A program made the position numbers and the translations under genes. From the NCBI GenBank assembly GCA_028534125.1, contig CM052817.1, forward strand, positions 26,352,001 through 26,416,000: 64,000 nt of DNA, given 5' to 3'. Below the pieces are notes generated by a model. It did not search any database. It saw nothing but the letters and a program-made list of their open reading frames with translations, and was not told where the DNA came from. The stretch is from Lama glama (Eukaryota). This document shows, one piece after another, positions 40,372-54,404 of the stretch. How positions within the stretch are numbered: the first letter of the stretch is position 1; every line of letters starts with the position of its first letter.

Positions 40372-41289
40372 AAGGGAAAGAGAGTTTTAAGAAGTTTTTG
40401 AAAATATGCTTATTGAGGAGAATGCAGCCTAATAACAAGTTGATAATTAAACACATTGAATTTGAAGTTGCTATGAAACATTCAAATGAAAATTGGTTAA
40501 AGGGCATTTGGATATATAATCTTGGTACCCACTGGAAATATCTAAATTGCAGTTCTATATTTTAGAGTCATTTTTATAGAGATGGTAATTAAAAATCATT
40601 AGCTATATTTAGATTATTCAGACAGTAAGAATGGAAGAGGATGCTGAAAGAATCGTGGAAGCATCAATGTTTAAGGGACAAGAAAAGAACTTGTAATGAA
40701 CAAGGAGTAGCCAAAGAGGTAGCAGGAAAACTAGGAGAGTCCATACTGTACTTGTCAAGGGATGAGAGAGTGCAAAGTATATAAAAAATTTTTTGAGAAG
40801 TCAAGCAAAGCAAATAATTGCCTGTTGATTATTAGAACACACTGATTAGAAGTGATTGTAGTAAGAGGAGTTTCTGGGGGGATGTGGCAATGGAAGTCAG
40901 AGGCAGTGAGTTCAAGAGTGAAGATAAGAGGAGAAATGAAGACAGTGAGTATAGAAATACTCAAGTGCTTTCAGAACTAGGAACATATTGGAAGGAGACT
41001 GTAGGATAAGAAACAGTGTTTTTCATAGGGGAGAAGGTAGAGGTGTTTAAATGCTGATGAGAAGAAGGCAGTAAGAAGGTATTAAAAATACAAGGGAACA
41101 GAATATGGATTAGATGCTGTAAGACTGAAGACAAAAAACTACACACACACACAAATGCTAATGTTACCATAGCAATTTTACACAATAATTGAAGAACATG
41201 ATAAATTTTAGTAAGAGAAAAGTGAAAATAAAGATGTAAATTTTTTCTCATACAACCCCCCCCCAAACAACAAAAACAACAACAAAACT

Positions 41290-42325
41290 ACACAAAACCC
41301 ACACACCTATGGTCAATTTGACAAAGGAAGCAAGAACATACAATGGAGAAAAGACAGTCTTTTTTCAAGTAGTGTTGGGAAAGCTGGACAGCTGCATGTC
41401 AGTGAAGTTAGAACACTCCCTCACATCATACACAAAAATAAACTCAAAGTGGTTTAAATATTTAAACATAAGACAGGACACCGTAAATCTCCTAGAAGAG
41501 AATATAGGCAAAACATTCTCTGACATAAATCATAGCAATGTTCTCCAAGGGCAGTCTACCAAGGCAATAGAAATAAAAGCAAAAATAAAAAAATGGGACC
41601 TAATTAAACTTATAAGCTTTTGTGTATCAAAGGAAACCAGAAACAAAAGGAAAAGACAACCTAGGGACTGGAAGAAAATATTTGGAAATGATATGACTGA
41701 CAAGGGCTTAACTTCCAGAATATACAAATATCTCATACAACTCAACAAACAAATAAACAAACAACCCTGTCAGAAATTGGGCCAAAGACCTAAAACAGAC
41801 ATTTCTCCAATGAAGACAGACAGATGGCCAATAGACACATGAGAAGATGCTCAATATCACTAATTATAAGAGAAATGCAAATCAAAACTACAATGAGGTA
41901 ATACCTCACGCTGGTCATTAAAAAGTCTACAAATGATAAATGCTGGAGAGGGTGTGAGAGAAAAGGGAACCCTCCAACACTGTTGTTGGGAATGTAAATT
42001 GATACAGCCATTGTGGAAAACAATACAAAGATTCCTTAAGGGGGACATATAGCTCAATGGTAGAACGTGTGCCTAGTATGTACAAAGTCCTGGGTTCAAT
42101 CCCTGGTACCTCCATTAGATAAATAAATAAATAAACCTAATTACCTCTTCCCCTCCCTTCAAAAAAATTCTTTAAAAAACTAGAACTAGAGTTACCATAT
42201 GATCCTGCAATCCTACTCCTGGGCATATATCTGGAGGGAACTCTAATTCGAAAAGATACACACACCTCAATGTTCATAGCAACACTATTTACAATAGCCC
42301 AGACATGGAAGCAACCTAAATGTGA
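41290..42325 (+). mobile_element. L1 ORF2 C-terminal fragment with a nested SINE; no 3' UTR seen
   Basis: ORF 41309 [34 protein letters not shown]...KAKIKKWDLIKL. Confidence 0.92.
42040..42162 (+). mobile_element. Camelid-type tRNA SINE inserted in L1
   Basis: A box tagctcaatgg, B box ggttcaatccc; TSD aaagattccttaa / aaaaattctttaa. Confidence 0.92.
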
Positions 42326-42699
42326 CAGATTATCATAGTAAGTGACACTCTAGCTGGAATTTTGAGCTGCATTGATTTAATATGAGCCTGGGTAACTTTT
42401 TGCTTTCTATGTCTGCATATGTGGAATACTATTCCAAATAACACAGGGACTTTGCAAAGTTAATTTGAAAAGGTCTAAATCTCTAGAGGAGGAATGAATT
42501 TCTGTGCTAAATCAAGCTTTCAATTTTTCAGTTGAATTCCTATGATGATGGTTTTAGAGTCCCTTCCTTCTTGGGTCCTCATTCATTCCTATATGCATTC
42601 ACCCACTTGCCAAACAGCAATTGAGCATGTTCTGTGTATGTAGCATAACACTAAGTGTCATCAAAAAGCATTTCCAAGCTTCTTCTTCACTCACATGTT

Positions 42700-44215
42700 T
42701 TAGATAAACCAACTGTACCACTTTGTCATAAAGGGAGTGTGCAATGAACTGCTTGGACAATGAACAAAAAAACTACACAAATACTGCATTCCACTTAGTA
42801 AATCTGTTTCTCACATTTCTCAGGAGTTAGTATTCTCTATGTGTATTACTTTATGTGTATAGTAGGATTGAAGAAATGAGTGAATATATTGCAGATAATG
42901 AGAGCCAGGTTTTCTTACTGTTGGAGAAATAAGTTACAAGTAAAGGAAAGGAAAAGGCTAGAATAAACCTTGTAGTGTTGAATTGGAATCAATGGTGTCA
43001 GAATAAACTCGGTTTTATACGTGTGTGTATGTGTGGGTGCATGAATGTATTAATATGCATGCATGTGATTCCTTAGCTCTGTTCACTAAGAGGGCCTAGG
43101 AGCAATGATACCCCAGTAGCAAAGAGCACATCTAGCACCCAGGTAAGTTCCTAATAACATTCTTTAGTAAAAGGAACCAGGGGCTCCTTGGAGAAGTGTT
43201 GATTCCAGGGCTGGGGCAGGATGAGCCTGGAACATCTTGTGGTACCAGAAAATAAGGGAATGCTTATAAAAGGAAGTGGACATGTCAAAAGGACACAGAA
43301 ACTAGCCCAAAGGAGCTTCCAATGACCAAAGTTGAACAATCTGAGAAACAAAATAAATAATGATAATACTGAATTATAAACCATAGAATAAAATATATAC
43401 CCATGAGTCCATATTGACATCAATGTAATTAAACAAGTAAGTTAGAGAGAAGGAACAGCTATTCTTCACAGAAAATTTCCAGGTAATAGGTGTAGAATGA
43501 AAGAGGCAAATACACCATCTCTGTTAGGCAAATACAATAGTAATAATTGTTGCAGGCAAGATCCACTGATGGATGGTAAAACCAGTGAGTGAAAGTTTGA
43601 AGAAAAACAAGATTTTTGCATAGTCTCAAAGTAACTCCCTCAAGATATTTATTAATACAAAGGGAAAATAATACTAATTATACCTCCTGGTAGATATCAG
43701 CTTAACCAAGTGATCAAGATTAGTACCACCAGTAATAAGACGTACTGATACTGGGTACCCTCCCATACGATGCATTGAGAACATAGTACCACCTTTGTGG
43801 TATTTTTTTTTTAAATTAAGAAAATATCAGAGAAACCACATTGAGAGAGAGCCTACAAAATGACTACCAATAATTCATCAAAAGTGTCCAGGTAATGAAA
43901 GACCGAGGAAAGGAAAGACCGAGGAACTGTCATAGTTTGGAGGAGACTAAGGAGACACAACAATTAAATGCAGTGTGGGATTCTGGATTGGATCCTGGGA
44001 CAGAAAAGGACACTAAGGGAAAACCTGGTAAAGTGTGAATAAGGTCTATAGTTTAGTTAATAGTACTGTAGCAATGTTAATGTCTGGATTTTGATCCTTG
44101 TACTATGGTTATTCAAGTTGTTAATGTTGGAGGAAGCTTGTGGGAAGGGTATACACAAACTCTGTACTATTTTTGTAACTTTTCTGAAAATCTAAAACTA
44201 TTTCAAAACAAAAAA
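42700..44215 (+). mobile_element. L1MC-type long 3' UTR
   Basis: gagggcctaggagcaatgataccccagtagc...aactaaatgca-like...ctctgtactatttttgtaacttttctg. Confidence 0.75.
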
Positions 44216-46974
44216 GGTAAAATAATAAAGGTGAGGGTGGGATCCAGAGCACAAGGAGAAAAAGCAGGCTTAGTTAAAAAGAAGTGGGGCTGTGCTGCTC
44301 CCATGGAACCAAGAGGGCTGGCAGAAAGCACGAGTGGCAACGCAGGCAGGTTCATGGGCCTGTTGACAGGAAGGGGATGGAGTTCTTCAAGGGAAGACCA
44401 CAGCTGCACCCTTAATGCCCTTCTCAGGGCCTGCCATAGAGTAAGGACTCAATAAAAGTCTAATGAGCTGAACAGGCTTGGGTTTCAGTCATGATTGCAT
44501 CATGATTATATCATGATTTTCAGATATAACCTTAGGAAAGTTACTTACTCTTTCTGTGCCTCCATTTCCTGTGGAAATAGGGATAATCTTTCCAGTCATT
44601 GAGTTGAAAACTAATATATATTCACCAAAATCTGTTTCCTTTTCTTCCTGGGCATACAGCTAGATAATGCTTTGCAGCTTCCAATTACGTTAGGCACATA
44701 CTGATCGGCACATCACTGGCTCTCAATACATGTTTAATGAAAGAATATGACTATTGACATGTTCCTTTATAAACTTTGTTGTGTCACCAGTTCTTCCTTA
44801 TCTTGATCCAGGATGACATCTTATCTGCCATGGAGGTGGTTAAGACCAAATGAAAATTTCCATTGGATGATCTGTTGTAAAGAATAGGATCTGTTTTATA
44901 CAGAACTAACATAATTCCTTTTTCCCTAATTATGAGCCATGGGTAGAAGTCATGTATTCTTAATCCCCTAACATGGATAGACCTGGAAGAAAACAACAAT
45001 TGTGGAAAAATTTTGCCAGAGTGTTTCTTCCCTCCCTGCCCCTCCCCCATCTAACTTAAAGATATACTATTATTAAAGGCAGTGTGAACACAGAGGGATA
45101 TGTTGTGGTTAGAGAATGGGAAAATTAAACTGCAGCTAAGAAAAACTTGCTGACTACTGAGGTGGGGTCTTCTAGGGATGTAGTACCCTACTTAGATTAA
45201 GTCATCAATGATTCATATTTTGAACCTTGACTTCTCTGGTTCAGTAACATGGTCAAGTCAGTTAAATGAATGAGTTAAACAAATTCATGAATTCTCATGC
45301 CAGCCAATTTCTTATGAGAATAATATGTAAACCAGGATGCTAATTTATTAATTTAAAATGATAAATGTAACCAGAGAGCATGTTGTATGTCTTATTGTCT
45401 GCATGGTGCACTCTTTCTTGGTAGGAAAATTTGGGAAGCCATATAGTTCTAATCAGAAAGTTTTCCGGTAAACAGGAATCTGGAGCAAGAAGAGTTAGAT
45501 GGGTAATCTTAAAGGCCAGGATTATCAAATTATGATAACTGAATGCAACCATTCCAGTAGTAAGGACAGGCTTGCTAAGAGAAGGTTACTTTTTCTCTAC
45601 TGATACTTTCTTTTATGTGGATTGAGCCAGAATGGTATAACTCTTAGCTTCTTCATATCCCTTTACCCATCCCAGAGAAGAGAAAGTGATATCTTCTGAC
45701 TGGTAGATTCAGAAAGAATGATCCAGGCATGGTTGCCTCATTTCCTCTCTTCTCTCGTGAGAGTAAAGCTGCTCAGAGAGTACACACTTGTTCCAGGATT
45801 TAAGACTTACTTGGTCCAGTCTATAGCCCAGGGCTAATTTCTCTATTAGGCACAGTGGGTACAGTGTCTAGGGGACAGGACACTTTCAGAGGCCCTGAAA
45901 ATGTCTTAATTTAAAATGAGAAGGAAAAAAAACCAAGCCACGCAGGCCAAAGAAAATATATAGTACTAATATATTTTTAATAATGTTTTAATATATAGAA
46001 CTAATATATCTTTATTTATATCAGTGAAGTCATAAAATATAACTTTAAATATGTTTTAGGAAGGAAAGGAACCATAAAAGCAGGAGTGCCTATGGCTCCT
46101 CACAAGACCCAGTGTGACTCTGTGTTGCCTGTGGAACAGGGTGAGGGTTTCAGGTGACAGATCAGTTTGGTTCTCCCGGCCACATACTTCAGTTGGTCCT
46201 TATCAGTTAGTGGTGATATTTGATCCACCATTTATCTTACACTTGCCCTTTATTCTCAGTTTAGACAGAGAAGAGCAATGTTATTTACTAGGCTGTCTCA
46301 AGACCCCAAAATAAGTCACAGGAATATATATTTACTGAATTGAACTGAAGGAGATTGGAAAATTTGTGTACTGAGCAGGGCTGCCCTGATCAAGGCTGGT
46401 CAATCTCTGACAAATTACTGTTATTCAACTTCCCTTTTCTGGGTTCCATGCAGATCAAATCCTTCTATATTTTGGAATTAGCCAAAAGAAAAATGAGGAA
46501 ACACACTGACATCATCCTACAAATCATCCTGGTTTGGAACAGGTTTTTTTTTTAGCAGTCCATCAAAGCAAACAGTGAGAAATTCCTATGCCTTACCATG
46601 AACAAATGCCCAATGCAGGACATATTTTGAAACACTCACATACATCTACATGGGACCCAAAGGAAAATCTGGAACTGTTTTACATATTTTAGGACTGTTT
46701 TACATATTAAAAGATCACTTATCTTTAGGTAATATTACATTTACAGAGTAAGCTAGAATGACAATAATTTTCTAGGAAAATATTCTAATTTTGTTTTCCT
46801 TATGTAGTTTACTTGACTAAAACTCTGGATATCTCTGTGTTTTAAAGCAGTTTTGATTCTCAAAATTATTGAAGTTTTTAGTTAACTTCAATCACTGGTA
46901 ATAGAACTAAAGCATTATTATTTATAAAGGAATCAAAATGAGTTGGAAAAAATATATAATGCTTTCAGTTCACT

Positions 46975-47220
46975 TAGAGAATAAACTAATATTTATCAAG
47001 TGCCTGATGTATATCAAGCATTTACTTAGCTATTTTCATCCATATTGCCTCATTTAATCCTGACAGTGGTCCTCTAAGGTTAGCATCCTTATCCTCACTT
47101 TACAGTTGGGGAAACTGAGGCAGGGAGCATTTAATTACCTTTGCAGAGGTCATACATTAACGCCATGACAGAATTAAAAATGGGAGCCAAGTTTAAAAGC
47201 CCGTATTATTTTCCATGTTA
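46975..47220 (-). mobile_element. MIR SINE
   Basis: ctcatttaatcctgacag...atcctcactttacagttggggaaactgaggc. Confidence 0.75.
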
Positions 47221-48399
47221 CCCTCCTACTCTTCTTCATGAAAATAACAATGATGATGCTTTGTATCTACATATCTTATCTCGGAAAAATTACAACAACA
47301 CTCCTTAAGGACAGGAACCATCTTACACTTTTACAATATCCTTAATAATAAGTTCTCAAGAATTATTGATTGCATGAAGAAGAATAGCTCCTTGTACTTA
47401 AATAATGGTACTTAATTTTTCAGTGGGATTTCAATGACAGAAACAAACAGTGCTCTTCTACATGTTAGTATTTATATGCAATTATTCTGACATTTTACAT
47501 GGGACATAATTTCATCATCCTGTTTAAATTCACCCAATATAAAAGGTATATAAACATATACGAAGCTTCTGTGCTCAAGCCCGGAATGTGCACTGTGATA
47601 CCATGCTCATAAACTACATTTAAACATCATTTGCAGGCTGCTTAACTCCAGGAGTTGCTCTACAAATGCCGTTCTGGGCCTTCTAGGAATTTCCCTAACA
47701 TTTCCTATCTTCTTGATATGAGGAAGAATTATATGAAATAAATGGTAAAATCATAGTTCTATTTATAGATTTGAAAACATGAACAAAGAAATGGACCCTG
47801 CTTTCTTGGAAACTCATAGTCGAATATGTGCAAATAATTATCACCCAAGGTCTCTTCATCCTAGGATTGGTGCTCTTGCCCCGATCCCTAATGCCTTTCT
47901 TATCAAACTACAAACCATCCCAAACCAAACTAATAAAAAATGTCCCACAATCCTCAAACTCCATCCTAATTAGCAAAATTCAAGAATTTGTCTTTTAGGC
48001 AGGCCATCACCAAACACTAACTGAGAAATCTCAGTTCTCAGGCAGGGAATGAGAGGAAAGTCTAGCAGGTGGAAAGTGCTACTTGGCCCCAGGCCCAGCT
48101 TATATTTTCCATCAGCAAACACCACCTTAACTTAGGGTGAATGTCCTTCAGAATGCCCTTGAACTTGCTCACTTATCCTCTCTCAACTTGAGAGATTAAA
48201 AAAAAAAAAGTACACATTTTGAGAACCCAAATGGATTTTATTATAAAGAACTTCACATTTCATTTTAACAGGCATTCATATAAAACCTACTATAATAATT
48301 ACACTCTTTTGGATACCACATTCAGAAAACAACTCAAGTTAGCTTAGGCCAAAAAAGGGGGAATTTATTATAAGCAGATAGGAATGTTTTTACAAAGCT

Positions 48400-50325
48400 G
48401 GAGGTACCAGACTCCCTGATTTAAAACAGTACAACAAAGTTATAGTAATGAAAACTGTATACTGGCACAAACACAGACACACAGAGCAATGTAACAGAAT
48501 AGAGAGCCCAGAAATGAGCCCACGTTTAAATGGTCAGTCTGCTCAAAGGATGCAAAATATATAATGGAGAAAAGACAGCCTCTTCAATGAATGGTATTGG
48601 GAAAACTGGACAGCTACATTCAAACGAATCAAACTGGACTACTTTCTCATACCATATACCAAATAAACTCAAAATCTATTAAAGACAAATGTAAGACCTG
48701 AAACCATAAAACTGCCAGAAGAAAACATAGGCAGTATGCTCTTTGACATCAGTCTTAGCAATATTTTTTTGGATTTGTCTCCTCAGGCAAGGGAAACCAA
48801 AGCAAAAATAAACAAATGGGACTGCATCAAACTAAAAAACTTTTGCACAGTGAAGGCAACTATCAACAAAATGAAAAGGCCACCTACCGAATGGGAGAAG
48901 ATATTTGCAAATAACATACCTGATAACAGGTTAATATCCAAAATATAAAAAGAACTCACACAATTCAACATCAAAGAAACCAAAGAACCAAATTAAAAAT
49001 GGGCAGAGGACCTGAATAGACATTTCTCCAAAGAGGACATGCAGATGGCCAACAGACATATGAAAAGATGTTCAACATCACTAATCATCAGGGAAATGCA
49101 ATTCAAAACTACAATGAGATACCACCTCACACCTGTCAAATGGCTATTATCAAAAAGACAACAAATAACAAGTGTTGGCAAGAATGTGAAGAAAAGGGAA
49201 CCTTCATACACTATTGGTGGGAACGTAAATTGGTGCAGCCACTATGGAAAACAGGATGGAGATTCCTCAAAATATTAAAAATAAAACTACTATATGATCC
49301 AGCAATTCCACTTCTGGATATTTTTTTCAAAGAAATAAAAACCACTAATTCAAAAAGATATATGGACCCCTATGTTCATTTCAGCATTATTCACAATAGC
49401 CAAGATATGGAAGCAACCTAAGTGCCCACTGACAGATATTCGAATAGATAAGCAAGATATGGTCTATAAATACAATGGAATGTTACTCAACCATAGAGAA
49501 GAATGAAATCTTGTCATTTTCTACAACATGGATGGACCTAGAGGGTATTATGCTAAGTTCAGTAAGTTAGACAGAAAAAGACAAATACCATCTGACTTCA
49601 GTTATATGTAGAATCTAAAAAACAAAACAAATGAACAAACACAACAAAACAGAAACAGAGTCATAGACACAGAGAACAACTTGGTGGTTGCCTGAGGGGA
49701 AGAGGATGGGAGATGAGTGAAACAGGTGAGGGAGACTAAGAAGTACAAACTTCCAGGTACAAAATAAATGAGTCACAGGGATAAAATATACAGTGTGGGA
49801 AATATAGCCAATAATAATGTAATATCTTTGTATGGTGACAGATGGTAGCTAGACCGCTTGTGGTGATCATTTTGTAATGTATAGAAATATGGAATCACTA
49901 TGTTATGCACCAGGAATTAACAATGTTACAGGTCAATTATACTTCAACAAACAAATTCATAGAAAAAGAGATCAGATTTGTGGTTACCAGATTCAGTGGG
50001 TGTGGGGAGGAAGACTTGGATGAAGATAGTCAAAAGTTATAACCTTTCAGTTGTAAAAGAAATACTAAGGATGTAATGTAGAACATGATTAATATAATTA
50101 ACACTGCTGTATGTTACCTATAAAAGTTGTTAAGAGAGCAAATCTTTAGAATTCTCATTACAAGGAAAACCATTTTTTCCTTTTTCTTTTATTTTTGTAT
50201 CTATATGAGATGATGACTGTTCGTTAAACTTGTGGTAATTATTTCATGATGCAAGTCAAGTCACTTTAAACTTATACAGTGCTATATGTCAATTATATCT
50301 CAATAAAACTGGAAGAAAAAAAAAG
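48400..50325 (+). mobile_element. 5'-truncated L1 (ORF2 C-terminus plus long 3' UTR, L1MA9-like)
   Basis: [50 protein letters not shown]; ends ctcaataaaactggaagaaaaaaaa. Confidence 0.92.
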
Positions 50326-50623
50326 CATATAAGACTGTTTTAAAGAAACCAAGGGGAGGAATGCAGCTGGGCCAAGGAAAGACTAAAACCAAATTGTTGA
50401 GAGCTCAGACAATACTTTCTCTCCATCTCTCCAATCTTTCTTCTCTACTGCTCTTCTCTCTAGGACAGCTTCTTTTGATCCTCAAACTTCATGCAGAATA
50501 TAGTTGCTTCCAGTTCCTCAGTTAACCCTATACAGGCTCAGTTGCACAAAGAAAATGAATCTTTCTAAAATTCTAAATATTTTATTCTTATTTAAACAGG
50601 TTTTTTTCCTTAAATAACAGATT

Positions 50624-51283
50624 TTTTTAACATTTTTTATTGATTTATAATCATTTTACAATGTGTCAAATTCCAGTGTAGAGCACAATTTTTCAGTTAT
50701 ACAGGAACATATATATAGTCATTGTCACATTTTTTTCTCTGTGAGCTAACATAAGATCTTGTGTATATTTCCCTGTGCTATACAGTATAATCTTGTTTAT
50801 CTATTCTACAATTTTGAAATCCCATCTATCCCTTCCTACCCTCCACCCCCTTGGCAACCACAAGTTTGTATTCTATGTCTATGAGTCTATTTCTGTTTTG
50901 TATTTATGCTTTTTTTTTTGTTTTTGTTTTTTAGATTCCACATATAAGCGATCTCCTATGGTATTTTTCTTTCTCTTTCTGGCTTATTTCACTTAGAATG
51001 ACATTCTCCAGGAGCATCCATGTTGCTGCAAATGGCATTATGTTGTCGGTTTTTATGGCTGAATAGTATTCCATGGTATAAATATACCACAACTTCTTTA
51101 TCCAGTCATCCGTTGATGGACATTTAGGCTGTTTCCATGTCTTGGCTATTGTAAATGGTGCTGCTATGAACATTGGAGTGCAGGTGTCATCCTGAAGTAG
51201 GGTTCCTTCTGAATATAAGCCCAGGAGCTGGATTCTGGGGTCATACAGTAAGTCTATTCCTAGTCTTTTGAGGAATCTCCATA
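50624..51283 (-). mobile_element. Relatively young 5'-truncated L1 3' end
   Basis: MFIAAPFTIAKTWKQPKCPSTDDWIKKLWYIYTMEYYSAIK; TSD cttaaat(a/g)acagatt at 50609-50623 / 51284-51298. Confidence 0.92.
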
Positions 51284-51299
51284 CTTAAATGACAGATTC

Positions 51300-51406
51300 T
51301 TTTAAAAAATTTTTAAAAATTGTATTATTGTTTTTAAAGGAGGTACTGGGGAAGGAACCCAGGATCTTATGCATGCTAAGCACGTATTTTACCATTACCG
51401 TCCCCC
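51300..51406 (-). mobile_element. Camelid-type tRNA SINE (degenerate)
   Basis: ggaggtactggggaaggaacccaggatcttatgcatgctaagcacg; flanked by aaat(gac)agattctttt repeats. Confidence 0.8.
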
Positions 51407-52074
51407 AAATAGATTCTTTTTGTTCAAAAAAGTTACTGTGAAAAGTCTCTCCAAGGCTCTTTCCCACTGGCTACTCAGTTCCCTTTCTCAAGTGCAACCA
51501 ATGGTACCAGTTTGTTCCATCTTCTTCCAGAGAAATTTTGTGTATATGTGATAAAATCTATCTATCTATCTATCTATCTCTCTTTCTATCTCATCTATCT
51601 ATCCTCTTCCCAATTTTTTTTACACTAATGGCAGTATGCCATACATACATTTTCCCACTGAGCAATTTATTCTGGAGATCGTACAGTATCCAGCACTCAG
51701 AGTTTTTTCCTTGTGATGACATCATTTTTTTTAATATTATAGGATTCCAAATTTTGAAGTAACATACTATATTTAATCAGTTCCTTGTTGATAAACATTT
51801 AGGTTTTCCCCAATTTTTTTGCCATTATAAATAATGCTGCAATAAAACACCAGGATGTGTATATTAAAAACATATGTGCATATACAATTTTAAGAGTAAT
51901 TTGTATTTCTTTTTCTGTGAGCAGCATTTTTTTATGCTTTGCCCATTTTTTTTTTCTATTGGGTTGTTAATCTTTTTCTTATTGATTTCTAGGTGTTTGT
52001 ATATTAGGGGAACCAGACCTTTGTCTCTGATATGAATTCCAATTTTTTCTTATTTATCATTTGTCTTTTGAATT

Positions 52075-52542
52075 TTTTTTAAATTGATGTACAGTCAGTT
52101 TACAATGTGTCATTTTCTGGTGTACAGCATAATGTTTCAGTCATACCTATATTCATTTTAATATTCTTTTCCATTATAGGTTACTACAAGATATTGGATA
52201 TAGTTCCCTGTACTAAACAGAAGAAACTTGTTCTTTATCTATTTTATATATAGTAGTTATTATTTGCAAATCTCAAACTCTCAATTTAATTGTTCTCACC
52301 CCCTTTCCCCCCGGTAACCGTAAGTTTGTTTACTGTGTCTTTAAGTCTGTTTCTGTTTTGTAGATAAGTTCATTAGTCTTCTTTTTTCTTTTTTTAGATT
52401 CTACATATGAGTGATATCATATAGTATTTTTCTTTCTCTTTCTAGCTTACTTCACTTAGAAATAACAATCTCCATATCTATCCATGTTGCTCCAAATGGC
52501 ATTAATTTATTCTTTTTAAAGGCTGAGTAGTATTCCATTGAA
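52075..52542 (-). mobile_element. L1 3' UTR insertion
   Basis: Antisense L1 3' end; TSD tcttttga(a)tttt at 52064 / 52543. Confidence 0.8.
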
Positions 52543-52570
52543 TCTTTTGATTTTCCTAATAGTATTTTTT

Positions 52571-53691
52571 ATTTAAATTTTTAATTTATTTATGTATTTA
52601 TTTTACAATATCATATTTTAAAAAATTAAAGTATAGTTGATGTATAATATATGTTCTGGGTATACAATATAATGATTCACTATTTTTAAAAGTTAAATTC
52701 ATTTATAGTTATTATAAAATATTGGGTATATTCCCCATGCTGTACAATACATCCTTGTAGCTTGTTTTATACCTGATAGTTTGTACCTCTTAATCCTGTA
52801 CCTCTGTCTTGCCCCTCCCCCTTCCTTCTCCCCACTGGTAACCACTAGTTGCTTCTCTACATCTGTAAGTCTGTTTCTTTTCTGTTATATTCACTAGTTT
52901 GTTGTATTTTTTAAGATTCCACATGTAAGTGATATCTTAACATATTTGTTTTTCTTTGTATAACTTATTTCACTTAGGATAATGTCCTCTAAGCCCATCC
53001 ATGCTGTACACCAGAAACTACTAAAACATTTTAAATTAACTGTACTTCAATTAAAAAGCAAGCAAACAAACAACCCATTTAAAATACGGGCAGAAGAACT
53101 GAACAGACATTTTTCCAAAAGAGGAAATGCAGATTGTCAACAGGAACATGAAAAGTTGCTCAACATCACTAATTATCAGGGAAGTGCAAATCAAAATCAC
53201 AATGAGATATCATCTCACACCTGTCAGAATGGCCATCATCAAAAAGGACACAAATAACAAATGTTGGCAAGGATGTGGGGAAAAGGGAACCCCTGTACAC
53301 TGTTGGTGGGAATGGAAATTGGTGCAGCCACTATGGAAAATAATATAGAGGTTTCTCAAAAACCTACAAATAGAACCACCATATGGCCCTGCAATTCCAC
53401 TCTTAGCCATATATTTGAGAATTTTCAAAGAATATTTGTTGCTTTTCTCTTGCTGATTTTAATATTTTCTCCTTATCCTTAATTTTTGTCAATTTGATGA
53501 CTATGTGCCTTGGTATGTTCCTCCTTGGGTTGATCCTGTGTGGAACTCTCTGTGCTTCCCGGACTTGGGTGACTGTTTCCTTTCCCAAGTTGGGGAAGTT
53601 TTCATTTATTATCTCTTCAAAAAATTTCTCAGGTTTTTTCTCTTCTCTTTCTGGGACCCCTATAATGGGAATATTAGTGTGCTTCATGGTG
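52571..53691. mobile_element. Complex rearranged L1: 3' UTR (-), short 3' tail (+), ORF2 piece (+), ORF1 piece (-)
   Basis: ORF2 [31 protein letters not shown] on +; ORF1 NIPIIGVPEREE..IINENFPNL..AQRVP..PRHIVIK on -; flanking 17-bp imperfect TSD. Confidence 0.85.
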
Positions 53692-54404
53692 TCCTTATGG
53701 TATTTTTTTGTCGTTGTCCCAATTCTAAAATTTCCCAGGAAGGGGCTAATTGGATTAGAACCCCCAAGCTTGGTTAATTAACTGCGGCCAGGAAAGTGGA
53801 GTCATTTTTTTAATACCCTGGAGTCCACCCTATAGAGTGGGGGTTAAGTATAGCTAAATGGGAAATTGTGAGCTAGGAGATACTCCGAAAGTGGTATACC
53901 ACATGTCAATGTACAGAGAACGTATTCTAGTCACTGGGGATATATCTCCTTGTCTAGTGGAAAAGAGCTCACAATTCTAGTGAAGATACACATAAAAAAA
54001 TAGTCATCGTTGCAACTGAGTAAGAGAGGTATATACAAATTACTCTGGACATAGAGGAAGAAGCAGTTCTTTATGTTTGGGGCATCTGGGAAAACTTTAC
54101 AGGAGAAAGGGAATATAAGCTGGGTTTGTAAAGAATAGATAAGTGAAAATGAATAGCTAGGTTAGCCTATGGCTTAACATCATTGGAAGTAAATATGTTG
54201 GAAAGTGTGTGATTGTCACAAATGGAAGAGTAACGTAACTGACAGAAAGATGTCAACAAGCATGGTTACAGGATGTAAAGTTTCCTTAATGACAAAGGAT
54301 ATAAAATCTTACAGTTACATAAAGCTGGAGCTGCCACAATATGCTTCTGGATTGGAATATGGCTTCTTGTAAAAGTTCCTCACAAAGACCCAGAAATGTG
54401 GTTG

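Noticed and set aside
42040..42112. tRNA gene
   Set aside because: The tRNA-like head is followed by the SINE tail and TSD and is degenerate; the same applies to the copies at 3067, 18597, 29968 and 51300.
43907..43927. Short tandem duplications such as gaaagaccgaggaa x2 here and actgttttacatatt x2 near 46674-46708
   Set aside because: Ordinary replication-slippage duplications with no array structure or spacers; not CRISPR-like.
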